Sequence record: NC_135728.1
From: a phage
DNA: 64,000 bases
Direction: 5' to 3' (one strand)
Positions 54,243 through 62,483 of this stretch are shown in pieces. Under the pieces are notes generated by a model. The model did not search any database, was not told where the DNA came from, and was given only the letters and a program-made list of their open reading frames with translations. How positions within the stretch are numbered: position 1 is the first letter of the stretch; each line of letters begins with the position of its first letter. The position numbers were made by a program, and so were the translations under genes.

Positions 54243-54433
54243 TTGTCATCCCCTTTACGAATATAGATGTGTGAGCCTGCCTGTATATAAATTTCTCGAC
54301 CATCTTCTGCAAAGATGTGGAATACACGGTCACCTTCGTATTCAACACGAGATATCTTCATAACGGTCTTCCCACCAGGAATGCGGATCTCATCCCCCAC
54401 AGCAATGTTCCATGCAGATTTAAGCTTAAACAT
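54239..54433 (-). CDS. hypothetical protein
   Basis: ATG after AGGAGGG (track start is a GTG 6 nt upstream). Confidence 0.45.
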   Translation of the reverse strand: MFKLKSAWNIAVGDEIRIPGGKTVMKISRVEYEGDRVFHIFAEDGREIYIQAGSHIYIRKGDDK

Positions 54434-54671
54434 CGACACCCTCCTTTGGGAACTTGAACTCTGGCATAGCCATATACGCTACAACAGGGTTGTGATCAAA
54501 GTAGAACTGACCATTAATTATCCCAGTTTTTTGCACATAGTCACCAGATCCTGCAAGAACAACCTCGCAAGCTCCGAAATCTACATTGCCATCCTCATCA
54601 GCCATGGCTACGATATACTTTCCAAGAGGCATGTTTTTAACGCCGTCTACAAATGTCCACTCTGTGTTCAT
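54426..54671 (-). CDS. hypothetical protein
   Basis: Track ORF. Confidence 0.5.
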   Translation of the reverse strand: MNTEWTFVDGVKNMPLGKYIVAMADEDGNVDFGACEVVLAGSGDYVQKTGIINGQFYFDHNPVVAYMAMPEFKFPKEGVDV

Positions 54672-54680
54672 ACTTTACCC

Positions 54681-55013
54681 TTAAGGTAGCCAGTAAACAA
54701 TCTCGCCTTTCAGCTTCATGTCGTTTCCAACATAAATTTGCCAGCCATCCATTTTAGCAACTGTAGGCCCAAAGTCATCCGCACCCCTTACCTCTTTCCA
54801 GGCTCCGTAGTCAGGTTGCCAGATATAGAATCCACCTTCTTTGTCCCATGCTCCGTACACTACGTTCAACAGGTTTCCCATTGCAACAATGGTGGGCCGT
54901 GGGAATAATACATCTACAGATGCGCCACAATTTCGAGTATCTTTTAAGTTGCAATCCCAAAAGATGTCTGCCAGTGTGGCGGCGATAGCTTTACGTCTTT
55001 CTAGTGTTACCAT
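54681..55013 (-). CDS. hypothetical protein
   Basis: Track ORF. Confidence 0.5.
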   Translation of the reverse strand: MVTLERRKAIAATLADIFWDCNLKDTRNCGASVDVLFPRPTIVAMGNLLNVVYGAWDKEGGFYIWQPDYGAWKEVRGADDFGPTVAKMDGWQIYVGNDMKLKGEIVYWLP

Positions 55014-55022
55014 ATATCATAC

Positions 55023-55214
55023 TCACTTGTTGTTAATAAGTTCTAAAACTTTCTGTCTTACTTTGTCAAGGTCTGTTGATTCAAAAACTGTGCGATATCC
55101 CCAACTTTGCCCATAGGAGTGACTGCAATCACCGTAGCACCATTGCTCAATTTGATAGTATTCAAGGAACGGGTGCTGTCTAACTATGATACCATCCCGG
55201 TTAAAAATTACCAT
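55023..55214 (-). CDS. hypothetical protein
   Basis: AAAGAGAGCG leader. Confidence 0.5.
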   Translation of the reverse strand: MVIFNRDGIIVRQHPFLEYYQIEQWCYGDCSHSYGQSWGYRTVFESTDLDKVRQKVLELINNK

Positions 55215-55277
55215 AATACATCGCTCTCTTTTAGTTTATGCGTATACTATACACTGCAGTTTTCAGATGTCAACCTC

Positions 55278-55472
55278 TTATAGATTGCTCCAGTACAATC
55301 GGCATTTACATTTTGGGCAATGAGGTTCTTTTATGTAATAACCATCAGTCTTTGGAACACTTTTTGGTGCAGTTTTAAGATTGTACCGAGTAAAACACCG
55401 GAAGCAGGTTACCTCTCCGACTTGTTGATCGTTGATCCACTCACCAGAGTAAAGCTCTTTCTTGTTTCTCAT
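55278..55472 (-). CDS. small zinc-ribbon-like protein
   Basis: CFRCF...CPKCKC; ATG after GGGAGAGAA; ATGA-coupled to upstream ORF. Confidence 0.45.
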   Translation of the reverse strand: MRNKKELYSGEWINDQQVGEVTCFRCFTRYNLKTAPKSVPKTDGYYIKEPHCPKCKCRLYWSNL

Positions 55473-55669
55473 AATTCTCTCCCTAATCCTCTGCAATCTT
55501 CTACCAGAATCTCCAGCCAGAAAGCACAAGGGAACACTTTAAGGATTGAATCTTTACTCGGTTCGGAAGTTCTTTTTCCGTAGGGCAGGTAGAAATACCC
55601 TCCTGCAGATTCGAACACGGCCCCTTCGGTCGTATCTATCACAGCCAGAATTAAGATTTTAGTCTCCAT
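55469..55669 (-). CDS. hypothetical protein
   Basis: GAGAGGGAG RBS. Confidence 0.45.
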   Translation of the reverse strand: METKILILAVIDTTEGAVFESAGGYFYLPYGKRTSEPSKDSILKVFPCAFWLEILVEDCRGLGREL

Positions 55670-55722
55670 AGTGCTCCCTCTCTCAATCGTTGTGGTGACT
55701 ATACCATCTCAAAAGTCAGCTG

Positions 55723-56181
55723 TCAACACTCTTTGTATTCCACCACGATAATATCTATATCAAAAGTGGCAAGGTTAATAACGTCCTCTACATGCTCCCA
55801 CTTCAAACCGCCTATGCCGCACCCGATTTTGGGGATGTAGAATGGTAAAGTCGATCCACTGAATACCTCATTGACCAGCTCAAAGCCTTTCAGGATTGAG
55901 AAATATTCAGCATTAGGCCCTGGGTAGAACTGAGTATACAGATTGATTCCGTAGACAATACCTCTCGGAGATGAGTGCTCCCATCGGGAGAACGCACCCA
56001 GTTTACTTAGGCAACCGTGTCTGGTCTCTTTGTCGGCTGACAATGCTTGAGGAAACTCACGGGCAATCTGTTTTGCTATGCCCTTACCCATCGTGTGGAA
56101 GCAGTTACAACCGTGGATCAGGTGACCAGCACCGCTCTTAAAAAGGGAGATTAAATCTCCCTCTACAGTATCAATAATCAC
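55723..56181 (-). CDS. macro-domain (ADP-ribose binding / processing) protein
   Basis: GDLISLFKSGAGHLIHGCNCFHTMGKGIAKQIAREFP and later IGCGIGGL match macro-domain landmarks; start uncertain (GTG 56181 or ATG 56220). Confidence 0.7.
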   Translation of the reverse strand: MIIDTVEGDLISLFKSGAGHLIHGCNCFHTMGKGIAKQIAREFPQALSADKETRHGCLSKLGAFSRWEHSSPRGIVYGINLYTQFYPGPNAEYFSILKGFELVNEVFSGSTLPFYIPKIGCGIGGLKWEHVEDVINLATFDIDIIVVEYKEC

Positions 56182-56596
56182 GGTATGCCAGCTCCTCTTC
56201 CGCAATTTCAAAAAACTCATCCCAACCTTGTGGCATATTTGAGTTGCCGAAGTGGCTTTCATAGTAAAGGTTCTCACCACTTGGAAGATAGAAATCTGTT
56301 ACCTCGTAGAATCCACAATCGTCGCACTCGCCTTCTTCAAACTTGGCCTCAACCTTAATACCGAGGAAGGTGAAAAGTTTATGTATATCTTCAGTTTCGA
56401 ACTCCCAGTGAATGTTGTTTTCCGCATCGGTGTAGAACTGGATCAGCAGACCATTGTCCAGTTTACCAAAATACTCTGTGAAGTAACTCCCTTCCCAGAA
56501 ATCTTTATGACAAATAATATCCATGCGCTTACCCATAATAATGGTGTGAGCGTTTTGGGCATCGTCATGAATCAGTTTTGGCATTTCATAGATCAT
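56171..56596 (-). CDS. hypothetical protein
   Basis: GGAGAA RBS. Confidence 0.5.
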   Translation of the reverse strand: MIYEMPKLIHDDAQNAHTIIMGKRMDIICHKDFWEGSYFTEYFGKLDNGLLIQFYTDAENNIHWEFETEDIHKLFTFLGIKVEAKFEEGECDDCGFYEVTDFYLPSGENLYYESHFGNSNMPQGWDEFFEIAEEELAYRDY

Positions 56597-56664
56597 CTTA
56601 GTTCTCCGGGTTCAACAGGTGGTGGTGCTACAGGAAGATCATAAAACATAGCTATCACAGTCTC

Positions 56665-56862
56665 TTACACAGGAATTGCTTCAAACAGGCCGTTATCTAT
56701 ACCGTCCTTCAGATAGAGATTATATTCTATGTCGGTATCTGTATAAAAGGCAGCATCCAGCATTCTATCTGTGAGTCCATCCATTGGGTGGAGAAACCAC
56801 CACCCACGCCAGTCAAAGTAACAGCCTGGTGCATCTTCTCTTACACGGATTCGATAAATCAT
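56665..56862 (-). CDS. hypothetical protein
   Basis: AGGAGG RBS. Confidence 0.45.
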   Translation of the reverse strand: MIYRIRVREDAPGCYFDWRGWWFLHPMDGLTDRMLDAAFYTDTDIEYNLYLKDGIDNGLFEAIPV

Positions 56863-56957
56863 GGGCAGTGGCCTCCTGTTAGTTATACATCCCAGTTTTC
56901 TTCGTTCATCACGTCCTCCAGTCTATGAAGTTATAATTGCACACCTTTCAACCTGTG

Positions 56958-57374
56958 TCAACAGAAAACTTCAACAAACTCTTCCACAGTTTTAATGTCG
57001 TGGGAAAAAGGTTTACGGCTATAACGGGCAATAGCACTATCAACCACCGCCCGGTACTCCAAATCTTCAGAATATTTCATGAAGCATTGCAGTGTTTCTG
57101 GACAGATAGCTAGATAGCTCCACCACCCTTCATCAGATTGATAGTCAAAGCCCATGCTCTCCAACCATGAAGCATATACTCCAGCACCCTCAAGCCAGTG
57201 GGTATTTTCATCCAGAAACTTGTTAACAGACATGTGAGCTTCTAAGCACTTGTCCAGCTCTTTTCCGTTAACCAGCCACGCACTGACTGTGGCACATCCA
57301 AGGTCTACAGATTGAGTTGACAGGTTGTATTGGTCATAGTTCTCAGGTTTAACAATGATATCTTCTAATGTCAT
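56958..57374 (-). CDS. hypothetical acidic protein
   Basis: AAGGAGA RBS. Confidence 0.5.
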   Translation of the reverse strand: MTLEDIIVKPENYDQYNLSTQSVDLGCATVSAWLVNGKELDKCLEAHMSVNKFLDENTHWLEGAGVYASWLESMGFDYQSDEGWWSYLAICPETLQCFMKYSEDLEYRAVVDSAIARYSRKPFSHDIKTVEEFVEVFC

Positions 57375-57436
57375 TTTTCAGATCTCCTTATACAAAAATG
57401 CCCCACCCTTTCGGGCAGGGCTATGTTAACTAGATG

Positions 57437-58663
57437 TTAGAAGGGGATGTCATCATCAAAGGCGTACTGTGCTGGATTCTGATCCATCGGGTCGTCTTCC
57501 CCATCATTTACAGGAGGAGCGTCTACAGTGTTTTGCTGTGGAGCTGCTTCCTGTTTGGCAGCCTGAGGTTCTTGATGGTCAGTTGACCCAGCACCGTTCT
57601 TGATCCAATCGTACAACGGCTCAGCCAGATTAGTCAACACATCTTTTGCTTCTGCAGTAATTGCCGCTGCAAAATCATCAACTTTCGTTTTCTTGTCAAT
57701 ACGGCGACAAGCGTTCAACACCGCATTACCGACACTGGCACCTACTTCATCTTCAGTTCGGTTGGTGGCTTGAGCATACTCTTTCTTAAGCTCAATGGTG
57801 ACTACGTGCAGTGCTTTAGCCACACCTAGTGGGTCGTCTACCTTAAACCCGCGATCCAGGATGATTTGCAACGCATTGATGCTATGCCCAGTCTCCACAC
57901 CAATAGGGTCGTAAGAGGATTTACGCTTGCCACCAGAGCCTTGAGTGCCGTTCTCTGCCTTAGGTGGGTAGGCTTTGAAACCACTGATAATGTTTCCGGT
58001 GTCTTTGTCAACAATGGCTGCAACACGACCACCTACCACCAGGTCTTTAAGCTGCTCATCAGTGACAACCATAGCACCTTCGCCAATCTTGTGGTCATTA
58101 ACAGTAACCACGTTGCCAACAATCTGAGCCACATCGCCATAGATGCGTAAAACGTCCTGATTGGCATTCTGCTGAGGTTTCTGCTTCTGACCTTGTGATT
58201 GTGCACCTTGTTGCTGTTTTTGCTGCTGAGTCGCTGCTGGAGCCTCTCCTGCACCCAGCTTAACCATCTTAGCCAGTGAGCCTTTGTAGTAGGTCTTACC
58301 GTTATGCTCGTTTGCCTTCAAAGGAATATTTACGATCCATCCTGTCGTTACGGTTTCCCACTTGTCATCAATCTTAACAGAGACAGAGTCTTGATGACCC
58401 GGTTTAAGCAGCTTATCACCCATGCTGATCCAGACTTCTTCACCACCTTGAAGCAGGTTATCAGAGGAATCCAGTTCAGAAATCAGTAAAGAGATGGTGT
58501 GGCTGGACTCAATTTTCTTACCTTGCCACACGGTGGTTTTAATACCTGTTGCAGGATCAGCCCCTTTAATAGGTTTGATGCTAACACGTTTGATCATACC
58601 GTGAGCCAGTAAAACAGTTTCACGCGGATTCATCGGGTTAGCAAATTGTTGAATAACGCTCAT
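57437..58663 (-). CDS. multi-domain protein with SSB-type acidic C-terminal tip (putative ssDNA-binding protein)
   Basis: C-terminus ...AFDDDIPF is the same hexapeptide as the E. coli SSB tip; Gln-rich low-complexity linker QQQKQQQGAQSQGQKQKPQQ; AAGGAGA RBS. Confidence 0.55.
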   Translation of the reverse strand: MSVIQQFANPMNPRETVLLAHGMIKRVSIKPIKGADPATGIKTTVWQGKKIESSHTISLLISELDSSDNLLQGGEEVWISMGDKLLKPGHQDSVSVKIDDKWETVTTGWIVNIPLKANEHNGKTYYKGSLAKMVKLGAGEAPAATQQQKQQQGAQSQGQKQKPQQNANQDVLRIYGDVAQIVGNVVTVNDHKIGEGAMVVTDEQLKDLVVGGRVAAIVDKDTGNIISGFKAYPPKAENGTQGSGGKRKSSYDPIGVETGHSINALQIILDRGFKVDDPLGVAKALHVVTIELKKEYAQATNRTEDEVGASVGNAVLNACRRIDKKTKVDDFAAAITAEAKDVLTNLAEPLYDWIKNGAGSTDHQEPQAAKQEAAPQQNTVDAPPVNDGEDDPMDQNPAQYAFDDDIPF

Positions 58664-59028
58664 TATTTATCTCCTTGTTCTTCGTTAGTGTTTGCCGTGT
58701 GTGCAAACCCTGCTTGAATTAATTTGTCCTGAACTTGAGCCAATAGGCCCATTGCAAAACTTGTGGTCCCAGAGAGGGCCATTAGCATATCTCGTTGTTG
58801 AGCTACCCAACCTAAGGCATAGTCCAAACGACGATATTTTTCTTCTTCGCGCAGAGCCTGAAATAATTGTTCAGCCTCCGGTTGTTGTGTGAGCTCCTGA
58901 AGTCTTCCCATGAAAGAAGAAAGCACTAGCAAAAGAGACACTTGATCTTTACTTAACCCTAAGAAAAATTCTTGAGGTTGTTCTTGCTCGTTCATCGCAA
59001 CCGACTCTTGATCGTTCATTTGTTCCAT
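58663..59028 (-). CDS. hypothetical protein
   Basis: GGAGA RBS; overlaps downstream start by 1 nt. Confidence 0.5.
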   Translation of the reverse strand: MEQMNDQESVAMNEQEQPQEFFLGLSKDQVSLLLVLSSFMGRLQELTQQPEAEQLFQALREEEKYRRLDYALGWVAQQRDMLMALSGTTSFAMGLLAQVQDKLIQAGFAHTANTNEEQGDK

Positions 59029-59111
59029 TATGGAATCTCCGATTTTATTTGAACAACATAGAAGGAGACACTATTTTAGCATCCCCTTCTGTAAATTACA
59101 ATATGTATTTG

Positions 59112-59357
59112 TTAGCCAATCACTTCAAAAGTTCCCCAATTCCCGTCCAGCAGGCAGGTGATCGGATCCCCATCGTCGTCAAAGATTTCAAAGTTCTCAG
59201 CATCCAGGATGTGGCCCTCGAACACAATACTTTCGTCGCCACCACCAGAAATAACAGCGTATTCCTTACCTTGAGTCAAGTTTTGACATCCTTTGCCACC
59301 AAAACCTACTTCAACACAACGTACTTTCTGTCCTGCGCGAGCAACTGCTTCAGTCAT
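59112..59357 (-). CDS. hypothetical protein
   Basis: AGGAGA RBS. Confidence 0.5.
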   Translation of the reverse strand: MTEAVARAGQKVRCVEVGFGGKGCQNLTQGKEYAVISGGGDESIVFEGHILDAENFEIFDDDGDPITCLLDGNWGTFEVIG

Positions 59358-59374
59358 CTTAAGGTCTCCTGATA

Positions 59375-59677
59375 TTAATCGTCAAGTTCAAAATAGATTT
59401 TAACAGCTTCATCAAAGATTGGAATCTCGATGTTGTTGATAAGCTGCCAAACTACCATATCTTTACCTGGGTCTGGGAGAATGTCAACCTTTCTCCATGC
59501 GCTGTATACCCAGTTCGGACCGCCTTCTGCACTAACTGGCAGATTTTCACCAGCTTCTTGTAGATACTTATACAGCAAAAGATATTCTGGATACTCTAGA
59601 ACACTGTCCTCTGTGGTATATAGCAGTTCACGGTATACTTTTAAGAACCCTGCTGGGGTGATGTTTTCAGTCTTCAT
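59375..59677 (-). CDS. hypothetical protein
   Basis: Start MKTENIT after AGGAGAAG (track start 59695 has a weak RBS). Confidence 0.45.
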   Translation of the reverse strand: MKTENITPAGFLKVYRELLYTTEDSVLEYPEYLLLYKYLQEAGENLPVSAEGGPNWVYSAWRKVDILPDPGKDMVVWQLINNIEIPIFDEAVKIYFELDD

Positions 59678-60056
59678 TTGCTGCTTCTCCTGCATTCATC
59701 AGATCTGCCATAGCGTCGCCCACGAAGAGAACAACCCCATCGTTCACCGCGTCAGCATCATCTTTGTTGACGTTGCTGAATTTAGGACACACAGCAATAA
59801 TCATATAGACACCGTTACCCATCTGAACTGTCCGTGTGGTGCACATCATGGCTGTATTTGTACCTTCTTTGAAGGCGAAGCCTTGAAGACGCTCCTCTAG
59901 AGTGTTACCGGTAGATTTCAGAAGCGCCAGCTCGTCCAAGGCATAGATGATATCTCCGGAAGTTAGTGTTGCCTTGCCATCAGATACCATAATCACTCCA
60001 TCAGCACCATCAAGCTTAGAGGCTTCAAAGATATTGATATCCCAAATATTTTTCAT
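59667..60056 (-). CDS. hypothetical protein
   Basis: ATG after GAGGAAG. Confidence 0.5.
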   Translation of the reverse strand: MKNIWDINIFEASKLDGADGVIMVSDGKATLTSGDIIYALDELALLKSTGNTLEERLQGFAFKEGTNTAMMCTTRTVQMGNGVYMIIAVCPKFSNVNKDDADAVNDGVVLFVGDAMADLMNAGEAANED

Positions 60057-60328
60057 CACGCTTCCTCATCATCTAAGTAATCATCAAGAGAGGTGAAGAT
60101 TTCACCGAAGTATTCTAAGATTTCTAGCTCACGTGTGGTGCAGCAAACATAATCGCCTTGGTCGTCCTTAATAGTGGCCTCTTTACCCAGAATATCTACT
60201 TCAAGTTCATCGTTCAACAGGACGGCCCCTGTGTAAACTTTGTCGGCTGTGCAGTCCCGAAAAGCAGAGTCTTTCTCCAGATAGTCTGGCTTAACCTTGG
60301 CTTTAATTCGTTGATATTGTTTGGTCAT
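60056..60328 (-). CDS. small acidic protein, paralog of 60392-60646
   Basis: Start MTKQYQ after AAAGGGGA; shares KP.Y...D.AF.DCT with the neighbour. Confidence 0.5.
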   Translation of the reverse strand: MTKQYQRIKAKVKPDYLEKDSAFRDCTADKVYTGAVLLNDELEVDILGKEATIKDDQGDYVCCTTRELEILEYFGEIFTSLDDYLDDEEA

Positions 60329-60359
60329 TGCTGTGGTCCCCTTTCGTTTTGATAGGGCC

Positions 60360-60388
60360 ATTATATTAGGCCCTATCACTGTTGTCAA
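60360..60388 (-). promoter_or_regulatory. sigma70-like promoter TTGACA-17-TATAAT with hairpin in spacer
   Basis: Read on minus strand; ATAGGGCC/GGCCCTAT palindrome overlaps the spacer. Confidence 0.4.
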
Positions 60389-60391
60389 GTA

Positions 60392-60646
60392 TTAATGTTC
60401 AGGTTTTACAAAAACTACCTCATTAACAGTGCACCAGACAGAGTCTCCTTCATCATCTTTAAAGGTAAGGCACTGTGCTGAGTTTTCCAGCTCATCAATC
60501 TCTTCTTGTGATAAAGGGGCCCCTTCTTCCAGAAGGGCTTTTACCAGAGGGTTCTCACAAAACTCTGCTTCATAGATTGCACCGATTGTGCAATCTTTAA
60601 AAGCTCGGTCATTTGCAACGCATTCTGGCTTCAAAGTAATTTTCAT
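60392..60646 (-). CDS. small acidic protein, paralog of 60056-60328
   Basis: AAGGAGA RBS. Confidence 0.5.
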   Translation of the reverse strand: MKITLKPECVANDRAFKDCTIGAIYEAEFCENPLVKALLEEGAPLSQEEIDELENSAQCLTFKDDEGDSVWCTVNEVVFVKPEH

Positions 60647-60722
60647 CTTGGCAGTCTCCTTAGTTATTTAAAAATCAACGCTTTGTTTGTGTGAAGCATC
60701 TTATATCTAATCTTACTTCTTG

Positions 60723-61094
60723 TCAATGGCTATTTTCAATCAGCCACACAGGGTCTAGGTAAATTTGTTGGCGTGTTGCCCAATGACAAACTTCATTGTA
60801 CATCTGAATCTCTTTGTCCGTCAGTTCACGAATAGGCTCATCTATGCCCTCATTTTTGTGGTAATCCCAGTCGGCATCGATTTCCCACAACCATGACTTG
60901 TTGTCACCACGCTTACGCACACAAAAGTCACCTGGACGGCCTGCCAATGCATTTAAGAACTCGTTCTCCGCTCGCTCCTGAAGAATACTAAGGAGCAAAA
61001 CGTTGGAGCATGACCGTAAAATATGCTTCAGCTCACAATCATCAATCTCAACTTCAATACGTTGTTTGACTGTGTGGGTACCTTTTACTAACAT
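60723..61094 (-). CDS. hypothetical protein
   Basis: Start MLVKGTH after AGAGGAGGTAGG. Confidence 0.5.
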   Translation of the reverse strand: MLVKGTHTVKQRIEVEIDDCELKHILRSCSNVLLLSILQERAENEFLNALAGRPGDFCVRKRGDNKSWLWEIDADWDYHKNEGIDEPIRELTDKEIQMYNEVCHWATRQQIYLDPVWLIENSH

Positions 61095-61104
61095 CCTACC
61101 TCCT

Positions 61105-61299
61105 CTAAACGAACTCTGCAAGAGTTGTGTTGTTCACTGCACCGCAGTAAATGGAGTATCCCAGCCCATTAGAGTGCAGAAACCACGGCGTGCCGAAATT
61201 ATCTTTCACGTAGACATCGCCGTTGTTTGTAAAGGGCCAATATTCTTCACCAAGGGTAAAATACCTATTCATACCTTCAGCAAGATACTTTACTTTCAT
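61105..61299 (-). CDS. hypothetical protein
   Basis: ATGA-coupled; GAAGAGGACC leader. Confidence 0.45.
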   Translation of the reverse strand: MKVKYLAEGMNRYFTLGEEYWPFTNNGDVYVKDNFGTPWFLHSNGLGYSIYCGAVNNTTLAEFV

Positions 61300-61523
61300 A
61301 GGTCCTCTTCAACAACTACAAACTTGGCAAGCAAAGTGGTTCCGTAGATATGATACTCACCGTTTGCGAGGTGAGAGATATACCAGGCAACCCCTTCCTC
61401 GTCTTTAATCATTTTGTTTGCACGAGCTTTATCGTAATAAACCTCGTAGGTCTTTCCTTCTTTAAAGAATGACAGGTCTGTCATCTTTTCTTCTACAAAG
61501 GTAGCTTTAACCAAAGTCGTCAT
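61296..61523 (-). CDS. hypothetical protein
   Basis: AAGGAGA RBS. Confidence 0.45.
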   Translation of the reverse strand: MTTLVKATFVEEKMTDLSFFKEGKTYEVYYDKARANKMIKDEEGVAWYISHLANGEYHIYGTTLLAKFVVVEEDL

Positions 61524-61804
61524 TGATCGGTCTCCTTCTTGTTAAGTCTGAATACTGCAATAATAGTATTCCCAAGGTGCAGTGTCAAGTCATTTCCAAG
61601 GTACCACAGCATCCCACGGTCATCTTTAATGAAAGGGTAACAATCTGGTGCCTTCCAGACATTGTACACTTTCCCAACCTGAAAGAAATCAGGCCCTGTT
61701 GGTATTTTGGTGCCAGGCCACACTTGAGATACCTGAACACACTCCACCTGCATAATAACAGGAATGGTCATGGATGTAAATGTTTTTGTTGGCTCTACTA
61801 CCAT
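61520..61804 (-). CDS. hypothetical protein
   Basis: Start MVVEPTK after AAGAGGAGA (track start 61894 would overlap the polymerase exon). Confidence 0.45.
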   Translation of the reverse strand: MVVEPTKTFTSMTIPVIMQVECVQVSQVWPGTKIPTGPDFFQVGKVYNVWKAPDCYPFIKDDRGMLWYLGNDLTLHLGNTIIAVFRLNKKETDQ

Positions 61805-61853
61805 AAAAGTCTCCTCTTTGCTCAACAGCACCTCCCTGTGCTGATAGTTTACA

Positions 61854-62207
61854 TTAGTGACAATCCCCCCAGTTACGACCACACAAGTATTCACCTGTGA
61901 TCTGGAACGGGACTCCCATCATTTTAGAAGCTTGCCAGAAGCAATGCACCACCATTTCACCCACAGGGCTCCAGATAAGTTCAAGCTTTCCGTCATCGTT
62001 CAGGATAGGATCGTACACCGTGTTTCCGTCTCTGTCAACCACTTCGTTTCCGTCCTCATCCTTGCGTGCCTTTTTGTACTTATGACCGTCGAACACATGA
62101 AGTTTGGCTTCCTGCTCTGCCTTAAATGCCTCCAGTTGCTCAATTGTGTCGAAGGTGTACACAGTCTTATACTTAGGCGTGTCAGGCACTTGAAGTTGGT
62201 ACTCATC
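61854..62207 (-). CDS. DNA polymerase family A, C-terminal exon (exon 2)
   Basis: Begins DEYQLQV, completing motif C (H|DE) with exon 1; ends GRNWGDCH like the Pol I C-terminus (GENWDQAH); same frame as exon 1. Confidence 0.7.
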   Translation of the reverse strand, partial: DEYQLQVPDTPKYKTVYTFDTIEQLEAFKAEQEAKLHVFDGHKYKKARKDEDGNEVVDRDGNTVYDPILNDDGKLELIWSPVGEMVVHCFWQASKMMGVPFQITGEYLCGRNWGDCH

Positions 62208-62483
62208 CAATAGTTCAGGTAGGTCGTTAAGCTACCCCGCACCATTACGTGCATAGCCATACGTTTTCACGTAGGATCGGACCATCTCATATTCCTATGA
62301 TAAGCAACCACAGGAATCCTCCCATTTCGACCGCACTTGCTGGTCTACTTCCTTTCGGAATGGCCTCTGAGCGTTCGCTCTTTTGAGCGCTTCGTTGCGG
62401 ATTACCTTGCCATAAGGTTTAGGCTTCCCGCAGTTAAAGAGGTTATTCGACATAGATTACTCTATGAAGCCACAATGTTATTT
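62208..62483 (-). ncRNA. putative group I self-splicing intron (276 nt) in the DNA polymerase gene
   Basis: Interrupts the ORF between the H and D codons of motif C; exon ends in U, intron ends in G; GUGG guide 11 nt into intron can pair with exon CCAU; P-like CUGCGGGAAG, Q-like AAUCCGCAAC, P7 strands GACCA / UGGUC. Confidence 0.65.

Noticed and set aside
43733-56644. Plus-strand track ORFs inside the leftward block (e.g. 43733-44257, 45750-46274, 47379-47717, 54315-54689, 56252-56644)
   Set aside because: They lie antisense to a consistent series of minus-strand genes that have ribosome-binding sites and coupling overlaps; most lack their own RBS and have low-complexity translations.
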